Assembly: GCA_000091165.1 (NCBI GenBank)
Contig: FP565575.1
Span: forward strand, 1,350,001 to 1,382,000
Reading direction: 5' to 3'
Origin: Candidatus Methylomirabilis oxygeniifera
GTDB lineage: Bacteria; Methylomirabilota; Methylomirabilia; Methylomirabilales; Methylomirabilaceae
DNA length: 32,000 nucleotides
Below are positions 17,203 through 26,191 of this stretch, piece after piece; positions within the stretch are counted from its first letter, which is position 1; each line of letters begins with the position of its first letter. The translations under genes were made by a program, and so were the position numbers. The notes beneath the pieces are model-generated. The model saw only the letters and a list, made by a program, of their open reading frames with translations. It made no database searches and was not told where the DNA came from.

Positions 17203-18132
17203 TTACAGGTTCTCCAGGTAGCGCTCGGCATCCAGGGCAGCCATACACCCCGATCCGGCTGCCGTGACGGCCTGTTTATAGACATGGTCCTGCACATCGC
17301 CGGCAGCAAAGACACCGGGAACGCTGGTCATCGTCCCGTGATTCGTGACAATATAGCCACGCTCGTCCAGCTCCAACTGTCCAGAGAACAGCTTCGTATT
17401 AGGGGAATGCCCGATCGCGACGAACACACCATCACAGGCAAACGTCTCCAATGAGGACGAACCGTCACTCCGGGTTGTGATGCCGGTCACCTTCCCTTGC
17501 GACGGGTCAAGAATCTCAACAATCCTTCGGTTCCACAAGACCTCAATCTTCGGATTCGCGAAGATCCGTTCTTGCATGATCTTCGAGGCTCGAAGCTTGT
17601 CCCGCCGATGGATCAGTGTCACCTTCGTCGCAAACTTCGTCAGGAAAAGCGCCTCCTCAACCGCCGAGTCGCCCCCACCGACAATAGCCACCTGCTGATC
17701 CCTGAAAAAGAACCCGTCGCACGTGGCGCAGGTCGAGACCCCATGTCCCAGCAGCTTGCGTTCCGATTCAAGGCCCAACAGATTCGCTGAAGCCCCCGTC
17801 GCGATGATCAGCGTCCTGGTCTGACGTAGGTCATTCTCCACCATCAAAGTAAACGGGTTGCTGTTCAGGTCGGTGGTTGTGACATCTCCCTTCACAAACC
17901 TCGCGCCGAACCGCTCCGCCTGCTGTCGCATCCGTGAGATCAGCTCCGGTCCCATAAGTCCATCGGGGTATCCCGGGTAGTTCTCGACCAGCGTCGTCAG
18001 GACTAATTGCCCACCGGTCTCATTCCCTTCAATAACCAGGGGACGCAGATTAGCTCGAGCGGTGTAGAGGGCCGCCGTCAGGCCCGCCGGGCCTGAACCA
18101 AGAATAATGACGTCTTCCACTGGAGTATCCAT
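17203..18132 (-). CDS. trxB: Thioredoxin-disulfide reductase (low-Mr, NADPH type)
   Basis: 309 aa with GSGPAG FAD fold, redox motif CATCDG, and NADPH site GGGDSAVEEA...HRRD. ATG 18132 lies 1 nt after the preceding TAA. Confidence 0.93.
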   Translation of the reverse strand: MDTPVEDVIILGSGPAGLTAALYTARANLRPLVIEGNETGGQLVLTTLVENYPGYPDGLMGPELISRMRQQAERFGARFVKGDVTTTDLNSNPFTLMVENDLRQTRTLIIATGASANLLGLESERKLLGHGVSTCATCDGFFFRDQQVAIVGGGDSAVEEALFLTKFATKVTLIHRRDKLRASKIMQERIFANPKIEVLWNRRIVEILDPSQGKVTGITTRSDGSSSLETFACDGVFVAIGHSPNTKLFSGQLELDERGYIVTNHGTMTSVPGVFAAGDVQDHVYKQAVTAAGSGCMAALDAERYLENL

Positions 18133-18133
18133 G

Positions 18134-18664
18134 TTACGAAGGGGGCGCCGCAGCCGCTGCTTCGACCTTCTCGGGCTCAGGCGCCGGGGCCGGCACAGGC
18201 GGCTTTTCGGGGGTCGTGGGAGAGGGGTAGAAGCGCTCTGCCGTCAAGGCCTTCAGATCAAAAACCAGGCCGCTGCGCGCATCGGAGCTGAGTTCGCCGA
18301 TCCTCGTCCACATCGTAATGGCGTCGAAGGGGCACACTTCGACGCAGAGGTTGCAGTACATGCAAAGATTATGGTCGATGGTAAAGGCGGATGGGTGGCG
18401 GTTCTTGCCTTTACCGGTCCCGGTAAGCTCGATGCAGCGAGTGGGACAGATTCTGGCGCATGCCTCGCAGGCGGTACACTTAAGCTGTCCGGTTGTCTCG
18501 TCGATTCTGAGCACGTGGCGGTTCAGCGCACGTAACGGTTGTGGCCTCTGCTCATCGGGATACTGGACAGTGATGGCGCGGGTAAAGAGGTAGCGGAGCG
18601 TCACCTTCATAGAGCGAAGGATGCTCGCGCTGCCGCCGAACAGGTCTGAAAAGTAGCTTCCCAT
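18134..18664 (-). CDS. nuoI: NuoI-like 2x[4Fe-4S] protein, copy 2, with Pro/Ala-rich C-terminal tail
   Basis: 176 aa with a NuoI-like N-terminus (LRYLFTRAITVQYPDE) and the motifs CTACEACARICP and CMYCNLCVEVCP. The tail reads PSPTTPEKPPVPAPAPEPEKVEAAAAAPPS. GAGGGAGGG precedes ATG 18664. Confidence 0.82.
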   Translation of the reverse strand: MGSYFSDLFGGSASILRSMKVTLRYLFTRAITVQYPDEQRPQPLRALNRHVLRIDETTGQLKCTACEACARICPTRCIELTGTGKGKNRHPSAFTIDHNLCMYCNLCVEVCPFDAITMWTRIGELSSDARSGLVFDLKALTAERFYPSPTTPEKPPVPAPAPEPEKVEAAAAAPPS

Positions 18665-18675
18665 GATACCCTCCC

Positions 18676-19203
18676 TCAGACCGCCGCCAGGGGCTCGGGC
18701 AGTGAAGGTCGGCCGCCTGGTTTCGCGCGCTCGCCGCGCATAATCTGGTCCTGCAGGGTCAGAATGCCGAAGATAAGCGCCTCAGGCGTAGGTGGACAGC
18801 CAGGCACATAGACATCGACCGGAACCAGCAGATCCACTCCCTTAACGACGTGGTAGGCATCATAGTAGAAGGGGCCGCCGGAGATCGCGCATGCGCCCAT
18901 GGCAATCACCCACTTGGGGTCGGGCATCTGCTCGTAGAGGGTCTTGATGCGGGGTGCCATCTTCTCGGTGACGGTGCCGGCCACAATCATGACGTCGGAC
19001 TGACGCGGCGACGGACGAAAGACCCCCGCCCCGAGGCGGTCAAGATCAAAGCGAGAGGCGCCGGCAGCCATCATCTCTATCGCGCAGCAGGCCAGACCGA
19101 AGGTCATGGGCCAGGGGGAGGACTTGCGTGCCCAGTTAAAGAGCCACTCGACCGTCGTCGTGATAACATTCGGGTCGGCTTGTCTGTTATCGAACAATCC
19201 CAT
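18676..19203 (-). CDS. nuoB: NADH:quinone oxidoreductase subunit B, copy 2
   Basis: [38 protein letters not shown] and VYVPGCPP are present. AAGGAG lies 7 nt upstream of ATG 19203; GTG 19206 is the track start. Confidence 0.9.
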   Translation of the reverse strand: MGLFDNRQADPNVITTTVEWLFNWARKSSPWPMTFGLACCAIEMMAAGASRFDLDRLGAGVFRPSPRQSDVMIVAGTVTEKMAPRIKTLYEQMPDPKWVIAMGACAISGGPFYYDAYHVVKGVDLLVPVDVYVPGCPPTPEALIFGILTLQDQIMRGERAKPGGRPSLPEPLAAV

Positions 19204-19308
19204 CACTAGTCTCCTTGCTCAGAAAATGTCTGCCGAGTCTATTGAGTTTATTGGGTCTCTTGAGTTCGCTCGATAGGCTCGATAACCCAACAGACCCAAT
19301 GGACGCAA

Positions 19309-20943
19309 CTAACTCGCTGCCGGCGTATCCGCCAACGGCACTCCCAATTCACCAATACTCTCGTACGTCACGTCTGCGCATACCGGAACCGAGCGGGCGA
19401 GTTCATTCCACACCGCTTCCGTATTCCCTTCCGTCAGGGGAAGTTCCATTCGGTATGCGAGACGCTGAAGGAACTCAACAAGCGGAATCGTGCGACCGAA
19501 CGGCTCCAGCGCCGGGTGGAGGCGCTGAACCCGTCCCGCACAATTTGTGAATGTCCCTTCCTTTTCGTAACTGCTCAATCCTGGGAGAACAACATGCGCC
19601 AGTTTTGCCGTCGCTGTCAAGAACAAATCGTGAACGACCAGTAACTCCAACTTCTTCAGCGCCTCGGCAACGGCGAACTCTCCCGATAGGGCGGCCACCA
19701 GGTCCTCCTCGAAGACGAGTAAGGCCGCCAGCCTACCTTCAGTTGCGGCGCTCAGCATCTCTCTGGTCCCCATCCCTTGGGTCTTGGGAAGCAGTCCCAG
19801 CAGGCGCATCCCGACTGAGTTGGGGTACTTATCGGTCCGCCGAAGCAGGTCATCTTCCGGGGTATCCCCGCCGGGCTCCTGAGATCGCTTCACTCGGTAA
19901 TCGATATGCGAAATGCCGAGTCGATCCTTAAACAGTTGCCGAATCAGGAATGCCTCCTCATTGGTTAGCCGTGCCGATGCGATCACACCGATCGCCTCCG
20001 TTCCCTTCTCCCTGCGAATCCGAACAAGGTTGTCGGCAATGCGCCCTATCGCCTCATCCCAGCTTGCCGGAAGCAACTCACTCTGTTGCTCTATCAATGG
20101 CATTCCAATCCGTCCCGGATCTTCGGCGAAATGGAACTCGAAGCGGCCCTCGTCACAGATCCAGTGGCCGTTGACCGCATTGTTCACTCTGGGACGGATA
20201 CGGAGCATCTGCGCGCCCCGCTCCTTATATCGAACATCCACCGTGATGTTGCACCCGGCACTGCACAGCCCGCATATCGACGGGACCTGTTTGATCAGAT
20301 CCCATGGTCTGGCCTGAAAACGATAGTCCCGGCTTGTTAGCGCCCCAACAGGGCAAAGGTCGATCACATTCCCCGAATATCGGTTATCCAGGCTTCGTCC
20401 GGGAAAGAGGCCGATCTCGGATCGGTCGCCTCGGCCGAACACGCCCAGCTCCGACGTGCCCGTCACATCCTGACAAAACCGGACGCAGCGTGTACACAGA
20501 ATGCACCGCTCCGCATCAAAGATAATGAATGGCCCGATCGGCTGGTGCTTGACCCGATGGATTTTCGGTTCGATAAAGCGACTTTCACCGGGACCGAATT
20601 TCAGTGTATAGTTTTGGAGCGGACACTCTCCCCCCTTGTCGCACACGGGACAATCAAGCGGGTGGTTCAACAGTAGAAACTCGAGCACCGCATTCCTGGC
20701 CTTCTTCACGCGGTCCGAGGCCGTCAGCACCTCCATCCCATCCGCAACGGGGGTCGCGCACGAGATCACCAGTTTTGGGTTGCCCTGCACCTCGACCTGA
20801 CACATCCGACAACTGCCCACTACTCGCAGCTTCGGATGATAGCAAAAATGCGGAATCTCACCGCCGGTCTGCAGGACCGCCTCAAGAATTGACGTCCCGG
20901 CAACAACCTGTACCGGCCTCCCATCAATGATCAGTTCAACCAA
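19309..20943 (-). CDS. nuoG: NuoG-like multi-cluster Fe-S protein, short form (544 aa)
   Basis: TTG start. N-terminus VELIIDGRPVQV. 2Fe-2S pattern CYHPKLRVVGSCRMCQVEV...SC. HPLDCPVCDKGGEC gives HxxxCxxCx5C. Further motifs are CILCTRCVRFC...DLCPVGAL, then CGLCSAGC, and the NuoG-type VNGHWICDEGRF. It ends well before the length expected for full NuoG/Nqo3. Confidence 0.82.
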   Translation of the reverse strand: MVELIIDGRPVQVVAGTSILEAVLQTGGEIPHFCYHPKLRVVGSCRMCQVEVQGNPKLVISCATPVADGMEVLTASDRVKKARNAVLEFLLLNHPLDCPVCDKGGECPLQNYTLKFGPGESRFIEPKIHRVKHQPIGPFIIFDAERCILCTRCVRFCQDVTGTSELGVFGRGDRSEIGLFPGRSLDNRYSGNVIDLCPVGALTSRDYRFQARPWDLIKQVPSICGLCSAGCNITVDVRYKERGAQMLRIRPRVNNAVNGHWICDEGRFEFHFAEDPGRIGMPLIEQQSELLPASWDEAIGRIADNLVRIRREKGTEAIGVIASARLTNEEAFLIRQLFKDRLGISHIDYRVKRSQEPGGDTPEDDLLRRTDKYPNSVGMRLLGLLPKTQGMGTREMLSAATEGRLAALLVFEEDLVAALSGEFAVAEALKKLELLVVHDLFLTATAKLAHVVLPGLSSYEKEGTFTNCAGRVQRLHPALEPFGRTIPLVEFLQRLAYRMELPLTEGNTEAVWNELARSVPVCADVTYESIGELGVPLADTPAAS

Positions 20944-21038
20944 AGGAACACCCCATAAGGCCCGACCTCACCACGACTCACGCCAATGCTGCCCGAGCAG
21001 GCGATTAGCTCTTTCCGGTACGCCCCTCTGCTCTATCG

Positions 21039-21072
21039 AAAGCTGACGGCTAAGCGCTGACTGCTGAACGCT
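21039..21072. repeat. R3 heptamer tandem repeat, copy A (NNGCTGA orientation)
   Basis: AAGCTGA CGGCTAA GCGCTGA CTGCTGA ACGCT lies in the divergent nuoG-like/CBS intergenic region. Reverse-complement-oriented relatives lie at 24799-24836 and 25679-25708. Confidence 0.75.
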
Positions 21073-21296
21073 ATTTCCTGACTAAACTATAGTAGAGCTT
21101 CCAGACGGTGTCAACTGCAAAGCCGCCGATTCTGCACGTCTCGCGCGTCGTCTCCACCCTCGCTTTCACCTTGACTTTGCGTCACTCCAAGACTATCGTT
21201 AAGATGATAAGAAGACGCGGTGAGGGGGCAAGATAGCGAGAGGGAACGGCCGGCATTTTTGAGCACTCCGGTATCGAGATCGGGAGGCTGAGCATT

Positions 21297-21822
21297 ATGG
21301 CTATCGCCGCAAGCGAATTTGAAGACGCTTACAACGACGTTGAGACCGAGGAGGACGCTGAGAAACTCTGTTGCGCCATCTTGACGGAACCGATCCGAGG
21401 ATTGGGATTTCGGGAGCCCATTTACGTTCAGTCCGCTACCACCGTGCGGGATGCAACGACGGCAATGAACGACGCTCACGTCGGCTGTGTGCTGGTGATG
21501 GAAGGCGACCGACTTATCGGAATCTTCACGGAGCGTGACCTCCTGAAGAAGGTGGTCGGCCAGCTCGATCTGGACAGGTCCATCGGGGATTATGACGCCG
21601 AATCCTGAGACCGTGGGGATAGATGACGGTATCGCCTACGCTCTCAACAAGATGCATATCGGCGGCTACCGTCATATCCCGGTGCTTGACCGACAGGGCC
21701 GACCGGTAGGCGTCGTATCGATGCGCGACGTCGTCAGGTTCATCGTCTCCCTGTTCCCCGCCGCAGTGCTCAATGTACCGCCGGAGCCAGGTCTCGCAGC
21801 GCGAGGGCTCCACGGTGGTTAG
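21297..21822 (+). pseudogene. CBS-pair domain protein interrupted by a 1-nt frameshift (or sequencing error) near 21585-21588
   Basis: ORF 21297..21608 carries CBS domain 1 (VRDATTAMNDAHVGCVLVMEGDRLIGIFTERDLLKKV) and ends GDYDAES*. ORF 21592..21822, in the +1 frame, carries CBS domain 2 (MTPNPETVGIDDGIAYALNKMHIGGYRHIPVLDRQGRPVGVVSMRDVVRFI). Removing one G of GGGG (21585-21588) gives a continuous ...DRSIGIMTPNPETV... GGGAGG precedes ATG 21297. Confidence 0.8.
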
Positions 21823-21859
21823 TCAACGATTGAACCCCATCCGACATGAAAGGGTTTAG

Positions 21860-23770
21860 ATGAGCGACATCGAGAACACGCAGTCTACACCCGTAGTCCG
21901 GCCCCAACCGATGACCGAACTGGAAACGGTCGTTATCCGATTTGCCGGCGATTCAGGCGACGGGATGCAACTGACCGGCACGGAATTTACCAAGAGCGTT
22001 GCACTGGAAGGGAGTAACCTGGCGACGTTCCCGGATTACCCGTCTGAGATTCGGGCGCCCGCAGGAACGCTGGCCGGCGTATCGGCCTACCAGGTTCACT
22101 TCTCGAGTCAAGAGGTGTATACCTCGGGCGATCAGCCGGACGTCCTGGTAGTCATGAATCCGGCCGCGCTGCGGATTAACCTGCCGGACCTGCCGCGCGG
22201 AGGGATCATTATCGCCAATGTCGGTTCATTTACGCAGTCCAATTTTGAAAAGGCAGGGTATAAAGCTAACCCACTTGAGGACGGCAGCCTGTCCGGTTAT
22301 CAGGTATTCGCGATCGACATCTCAAAGCAGGTGGCGCTCGCGCTGGAAGGAATGGGGCTGACAGCCAAAGAGGTCGGACGCTGTAAAAATTTTTACGCCC
22401 TCGGCGTGATGTTCTGGCTGTACAGCCACCCGATGGAGCGTGAGGAGAAGAGCATCCGGGCCAAGTTTCAGAAGAACCCGAAGATTGCGGAAGCCAACAT
22501 CAAGGCGTTTCGGGCGGGCTACTATTACGGCGAGACCGCCGAGCTGTTCCCATCCCGCTACGTCGTGCCTCCTGCCGTTATCGCGCCCGGCACCTATCGC
22601 CACATCACCGGCAACGAAGCCACGGCGGTCGGTCTTATCACCGGGGCGCAACTCGCGTCGTTGCCGCTCTTTTGCGGAACCTACCCGATCACGCCGGCCT
22701 CCGACATCCTGCACACCCTGGCAATGTATCCACACTACAACGTGATGACATTTCAGGCCGAGGATGAGATCGCCGCGATCACCGCGACAATCGGAGCGGC
22801 CTATGCGGGCGCGCTCGGGGTCACCACAACATCCGGTCCAGGCATGGCGCTTAAAACTGAAGCGATCGGCCTTGCGGTCATGGCCGAGCTCCCGCTGGTC
22901 GTCGTGAACGTCCAACGGGGCGGACCGTCCACCGGGCTGCCGACGAAAACCGAACAGGCCGACCTCTTCCAGGCGGTCTTTGGGCGGAACGGCGAATGTC
23001 CGGTCGTCGTGATTGCACCCGCAACGCCGAGCGATTGCTTCTGGACGGCCATTGAGGCCGCCAGGATCGCCATCCGCCATATGTGTACGGTGATCTATCT
23101 GTCGGACGGCTACCTGGCCAACGGCGCCGAACCCTGGAAGCTCCCGGAGGTCGCATCGCTGCCGAAAATCCCGGTCACGTTCAGAACCGACCCTGAAGGG
23201 TTCTTCCCCTATCTGCGCGATCCCGAGACGTTGGCGCGCCCGTGGGTCGTCCCCGGAACACCGGGCATGGAGCACCGGATCGGTGGTCTTGAGAAGGAGG
23301 ACGTGATCGGGAATGTCTCGTACGAAGCAAAAAACCACGAGCATATGGTCCGGATACGGGCCGAGAAGATCGCACGCATCGTCCACGAGATCCCGGAGGC
23401 GACGGTCTATGGCGATCCGTCCGGCGATTTGCTCATTGTAGGATGGGGCTCAACCTACGGAGTAACCACGCAGGCAGTCAAGAGCCTCCGTCGGCGCGGC
23501 TACCGTGTGTCGGCGCTCCACCTGCGCTATCTGAACCCGATGCCGGCCAACATTGGCCGGGTGCTGGCGAACTTTCGACGCGTGCTGGTCGCAGAAATGA
23601 ACCTTGGACAGTTGCTCACGATGCTGCGGGCGCAGTTTCTGGTTGACGCGGTGGGGTTCCATAAGGTCCAGGGCAGGCCATTCAAGGTCTCAGAAATCGT
23701 GGTAAAGGCGGAAGAACTTTTAGGCGCGCGCGAACAGGCTGCGCTCTGTACGCACGCGGAAATGGTGTAA
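21860..23770 (+). CDS. korA: 2-oxoacid (2-oxoglutarate-type):ferredoxin oxidoreductase, alpha subunit (fused gamma-alpha)
   Basis: 636 aa. The N-terminal part is PorG-like (IRFAGDSGDGMQLTG), followed by the alpha domain (GNEATAVG..., YPITPASDIL, TTSGPGMALK). Confidence 0.9.
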   Translation: MSDIENTQSTPVVRPQPMTELETVVIRFAGDSGDGMQLTGTEFTKSVALEGSNLATFPDYPSEIRAPAGTLAGVSAYQVHFSSQEVYTSGDQPDVLVVMNPAALRINLPDLPRGGIIIANVGSFTQSNFEKAGYKANPLEDGSLSGYQVFAIDISKQVALALEGMGLTAKEVGRCKNFYALGVMFWLYSHPMEREEKSIRAKFQKNPKIAEANIKAFRAGYYYGETAELFPSRYVVPPAVIAPGTYRHITGNEATAVGLITGAQLASLPLFCGTYPITPASDILHTLAMYPHYNVMTFQAEDEIAAITATIGAAYAGALGVTTTSGPGMALKTEAIGLAVMAELPLVVVNVQRGGPSTGLPTKTEQADLFQAVFGRNGECPVVVIAPATPSDCFWTAIEAARIAIRHMCTVIYLSDGYLANGAEPWKLPEVASLPKIPVTFRTDPEGFFPYLRDPETLARPWVVPGTPGMEHRIGGLEKEDVIGNVSYEAKNHEHMVRIRAEKIARIVHEIPEATVYGDPSGDLLIVGWGSTYGVTTQAVKSLRRRGYRVSALHLRYLNPMPANIGRVLANFRRVLVAEMNLGQLLTMLRAQFLVDAVGFHKVQGRPFKVSEIVVKAEELLGAREQAALCTHAEMV

Positions 23771-23772
23771 CG

Positions 23773-24798
23773 ATGTCCCAGTGCAACATCCAGCAGGTCC
23801 CTCAACTGACGCGCAAGGATTTCATCTCGGACCAGGATGTCCGATGGTGCCCCGGCTGTGGCGACTACGCCATCCTGGCCGGCATACAGCGGGTGATGCC
23901 GGAACTGGGCATCCCGCGCGAGAAGATCGTCTTCGTCTCCGGAATCGGCTGCTCCTCGCGGTTCCCATACTACATGAACACCTACGGGTTCCACTCGATC
24001 CACGGACGGGCACCGGCGATAGCGACGGGTATCAAGTTGACACGGCCCGATCTGATGGTGTGGGTGATCACCGGTGACGGCGACGGTCTGTCGATCGGCG
24101 GCAACCATTTCATCCATACGATGCGGCGCAATGTCGACCTGAAGATCCTGCTCTTTAATAACCGCATCTACGGCCTGACCAAGGGCCAGACCTCGCCGAC
24201 CAGCGAACAGGGCATGAAGACCAAGTCGACACCGTTTGGAGCGCTCGACCGCCCATTTAATCCGCTTTCGGTGGCCATCGGGTCGGCGGCGACGTTCGTC
24301 GCGCGATCGATCGACATCGACAGCCCGCATCTACAATATGTCCTGCGGCGCGCGGCTGAGCACAAAGGCACGGCCTTCGTTGAGCTGTACCAGAACTGCA
24401 ACGTCTTCAATGATGGGACATGGGAATCGGTCACCGATAAGGACGTACGGAGCGATCGACTGCTGGTTTTGGAACACGGCAAGCCGTTGGTGTTCGGGAA
24501 AGAGCGGAAGAAAGGGATCCGGATGCGCCCCGATATGTCCCCGGAGGTTGTCGAGATTGACGGCAATACCTCAGGGCTGCTGATCCATGACGAGAGACGA
24601 CAAGATGAGGGCTACCACTTCATGTTGTCGCGGCTCACAACCCCGGGGTTCCCGGAGCCGATCGGGGTGCTGCGCGCCGTCCGCGAGCCGACCTATGAGG
24701 AGTTGATGACCGAGCAAAGCCGCACCGTCATCCAGCGACAGGGCAAAGGCACCATCGAGAAGCTCCTGCACGCCGGAGAGACATGGGTAGTTTCGTAA
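23773..24798 (+). CDS. korB: 2-oxoacid:ferredoxin oxidoreductase, beta subunit (TPP-binding)
   Basis: 341 aa with WCPGCGDYAIL, GIGCSSRF and GDGDGLSIGGNHFIH (TPP motif). It starts 2 nt after the korA stop. Confidence 0.9.
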   Translation: MSQCNIQQVPQLTRKDFISDQDVRWCPGCGDYAILAGIQRVMPELGIPREKIVFVSGIGCSSRFPYYMNTYGFHSIHGRAPAIATGIKLTRPDLMVWVITGDGDGLSIGGNHFIHTMRRNVDLKILLFNNRIYGLTKGQTSPTSEQGMKTKSTPFGALDRPFNPLSVAIGSAATFVARSIDIDSPHLQYVLRRAAEHKGTAFVELYQNCNVFNDGTWESVTDKDVRSDRLLVLEHGKPLVFGKERKKGIRMRPDMSPEVVEIDGNTSGLLIHDERRQDEGYHFMLSRLTTPGFPEPIGVLRAVREPTYEELMTEQSRTVIQRQGKGTIEKLLHAGETWVVS

Positions 24799-24836
24799 GC
24801 GATCAGCTTTCAGCCGTCAGCAATCAGCCTGAAGCT
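24799..24836. repeat. R3 heptamer tandem repeat, copy B (GCNNTCA orientation)
   Basis: GCGATCA GCTTTCA GCCGTCA GCAATCA GCCTGAA GCT begins immediately after the korB TAA. The first ~14 nt (TAAGCGATCAGCT) are shared with copy C, which follows the thyX stop. Confidence 0.8.
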
Positions 24837-24891
24837 ACACACCGCTTGTTCACGCAGTGAAGCCTTCCATACTCTCATAAAGGGGGCAGAT

Positions 24892-25674
24892 ATGAAGCAG
24901 GTGGAACCCCAGGTCTTTCTCCTGGCCAGACCGGCAATAGACGCCGATGGGCTCGCCGCCTATCTGCAGGCCATCGGCGCTCCCGGGTGGACGACCGACG
25001 CCCCCTCAGCGGCCGAGCAACTGATCGAGGTGGCAGGGCGCGCCTGTTACCGCTCGTTTGAGCCGGGCCTCAATCCTAATGTTACTAAGATCCGGGAGGG
25101 TAGTCACGCCTATCTGCAGAATATCCTGCAAGTGAAGCATGGCAGCGTCCTGGAGCACGCCAATTGGACCTTCGCATTCCTCCATGTCAGCCGGGTCTTG
25201 ACCCATGAGCTGGTGCGACACCGGGCCGGAACCGCCATCAGCCAGGAGAGCCTGCGCTTCGTGCGTCTGACCGATATCCCGATGTGGCTGCCGCCGGACA
25301 TCCGCGATAACCCTGAGGCGCGCGCGATCTTCGAGGAGGCGGTGATCAACGGGGAGAAGGCGCAACAACGACTGGCAGAGGCCTTAAAGATTGACGGGCG
25401 GCCGTTTCACGAGAAGAAGGTTCTCACCTCCGCCATGCGCCGCATTGCTCCTGATGGTGTTGCTACGACCATCATCTGGACCGCGAACGCCCGGACGCTC
25501 CGATGGGTGATCGAGTCCAGAACTGCACCAGGGGCAGAGGTAGAAATCCGCAGCGTCTTTGGGAAGGTGGTCGAGATCATGATCCGGGAGGCCCCGAACC
25601 TCTTTGGAGATTTTGCGGCGATCCCCTTACCCGACGGCACCTGTCAGTGGCAACCGGCTCATAGCAAGGTGTAA
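24892..25674 (+). CDS. thyX: FAD-dependent thymidylate synthase
   Basis: 260 aa with the ThyX signature HELVRHRAGTAISQES (RHR...S). AAGGGGG precedes ATG 24892. Confidence 0.9.
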   Translation: MKQVEPQVFLLARPAIDADGLAAYLQAIGAPGWTTDAPSAAEQLIEVAGRACYRSFEPGLNPNVTKIREGSHAYLQNILQVKHGSVLEHANWTFAFLHVSRVLTHELVRHRAGTAISQESLRFVRLTDIPMWLPPDIRDNPEARAIFEEAVINGEKAQQRLAEALKIDGRPFHEKKVLTSAMRRIAPDGVATTIIWTANARTLRWVIESRTAPGAEVEIRSVFGKVVEIMIREAPNLFGDFAAIPLPDGTCQWQPAHSKV

Positions 25675-25678
25675 TACC

Positions 25679-25759
25679 GGCTAAGCGATCAGCTATCAGC
25701 TTTTCTGATACCCCTCCTGTTTTATCTGAGGCTGATGGCTGAACGATGACCGCTGAACA
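25679..25759. repeat. R3 element, copy C: inverted heptamer arrays filling the convergent thyX/pentapeptide gap (candidate bidirectional terminator)
   Basis: The left arm is GCGATCA GCTATCA GCTTTTC (25685-25705). The right arm is GGCTGA TGGCTGA ACGATGA CCGCTGA (25730-25756). The arms are partly complementary around a pyrimidine-rich loop. The terminator role is inferred only; there is no clear U-tract. Confidence 0.7.
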
Positions 25760-25762
25760 CCA

Positions 25763-26191
25763 TTACTCTTCGACAACTATTCCTAATGCTTTCAAGAACG
25801 ACTCGACTTGAGCTTTCTTGATCTTTGTCGAGCCGCCGCGGCCCCAAAACTTTACATGAAAGAGGTCGGCCTCATCGAGGTTAGCACCTGCGAAGTTGGT
25901 CCCCGCGACGTTGGCGTCCCGGAGGTTGGCACTTCTAAGATTAGCGCCGGCAAGATTGGCGTCCCGGAGGTTGGCGCCCTGGAGGTTGGCGCCCTGCAGA
26001 TCAGCGCCCTGAAGGTCGGCGCCTCCAAGGATGCCGCCCGCAAGGTCGGCATCCCGAAGATAGGCGTTTTTGAGATCGGCATTCATGAGGGGCGATTCCT
26101 TCCTGACTGCTTCAATCACGGCATCACGAACCGACTCTTTCGGTGATTCGTACACAACTTTGTCGTTTTTGTACCACGACACAATTCTCAT
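25763..26191 (-). CDS. Pentapeptide-repeat protein (small, 142 aa)
   Basis: The central run ADLAGGILGGADLQGADLQGANLQGANLRDANLAGANLRSANLRDANVAGTNFAGANLDEADL shows A(D/N)LxG periodicity of 5. Confidence 0.88.
   Translation of the reverse strand: MRIVSWYKNDKVVYESPKESVRDAVIEAVRKESPLMNADLKNAYLRDADLAGGILGGADLQGADLQGANLQGANLRDANLAGANLRSANLRDANVAGTNFAGANLDEADLFHVKFWGRGGSTKIKKAQVESFLKALGIVVEE

Noticed and set aside
21111-21479. 122-aa minus-strand ORF in the nuoG-like/CBS divergent region
   Set aside because: It overlaps the 5' half of the CBS gene and its Shine-Dalgarno. It has no motif and an odd composition, so it is probably spurious.
22322-24330. Long minus-strand ORFs (354 aa at 22322..23386, 267 aa at 23527..24330) antisense to korA/korB
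   Set aside because: They lie fully inside genes with unmistakable KorA/KorB motifs. The translations are Arg/Gly/Pro-rich and low-complexity with no recognisable motif. These are typical mirror-frame ORFs of GC-rich DNA.
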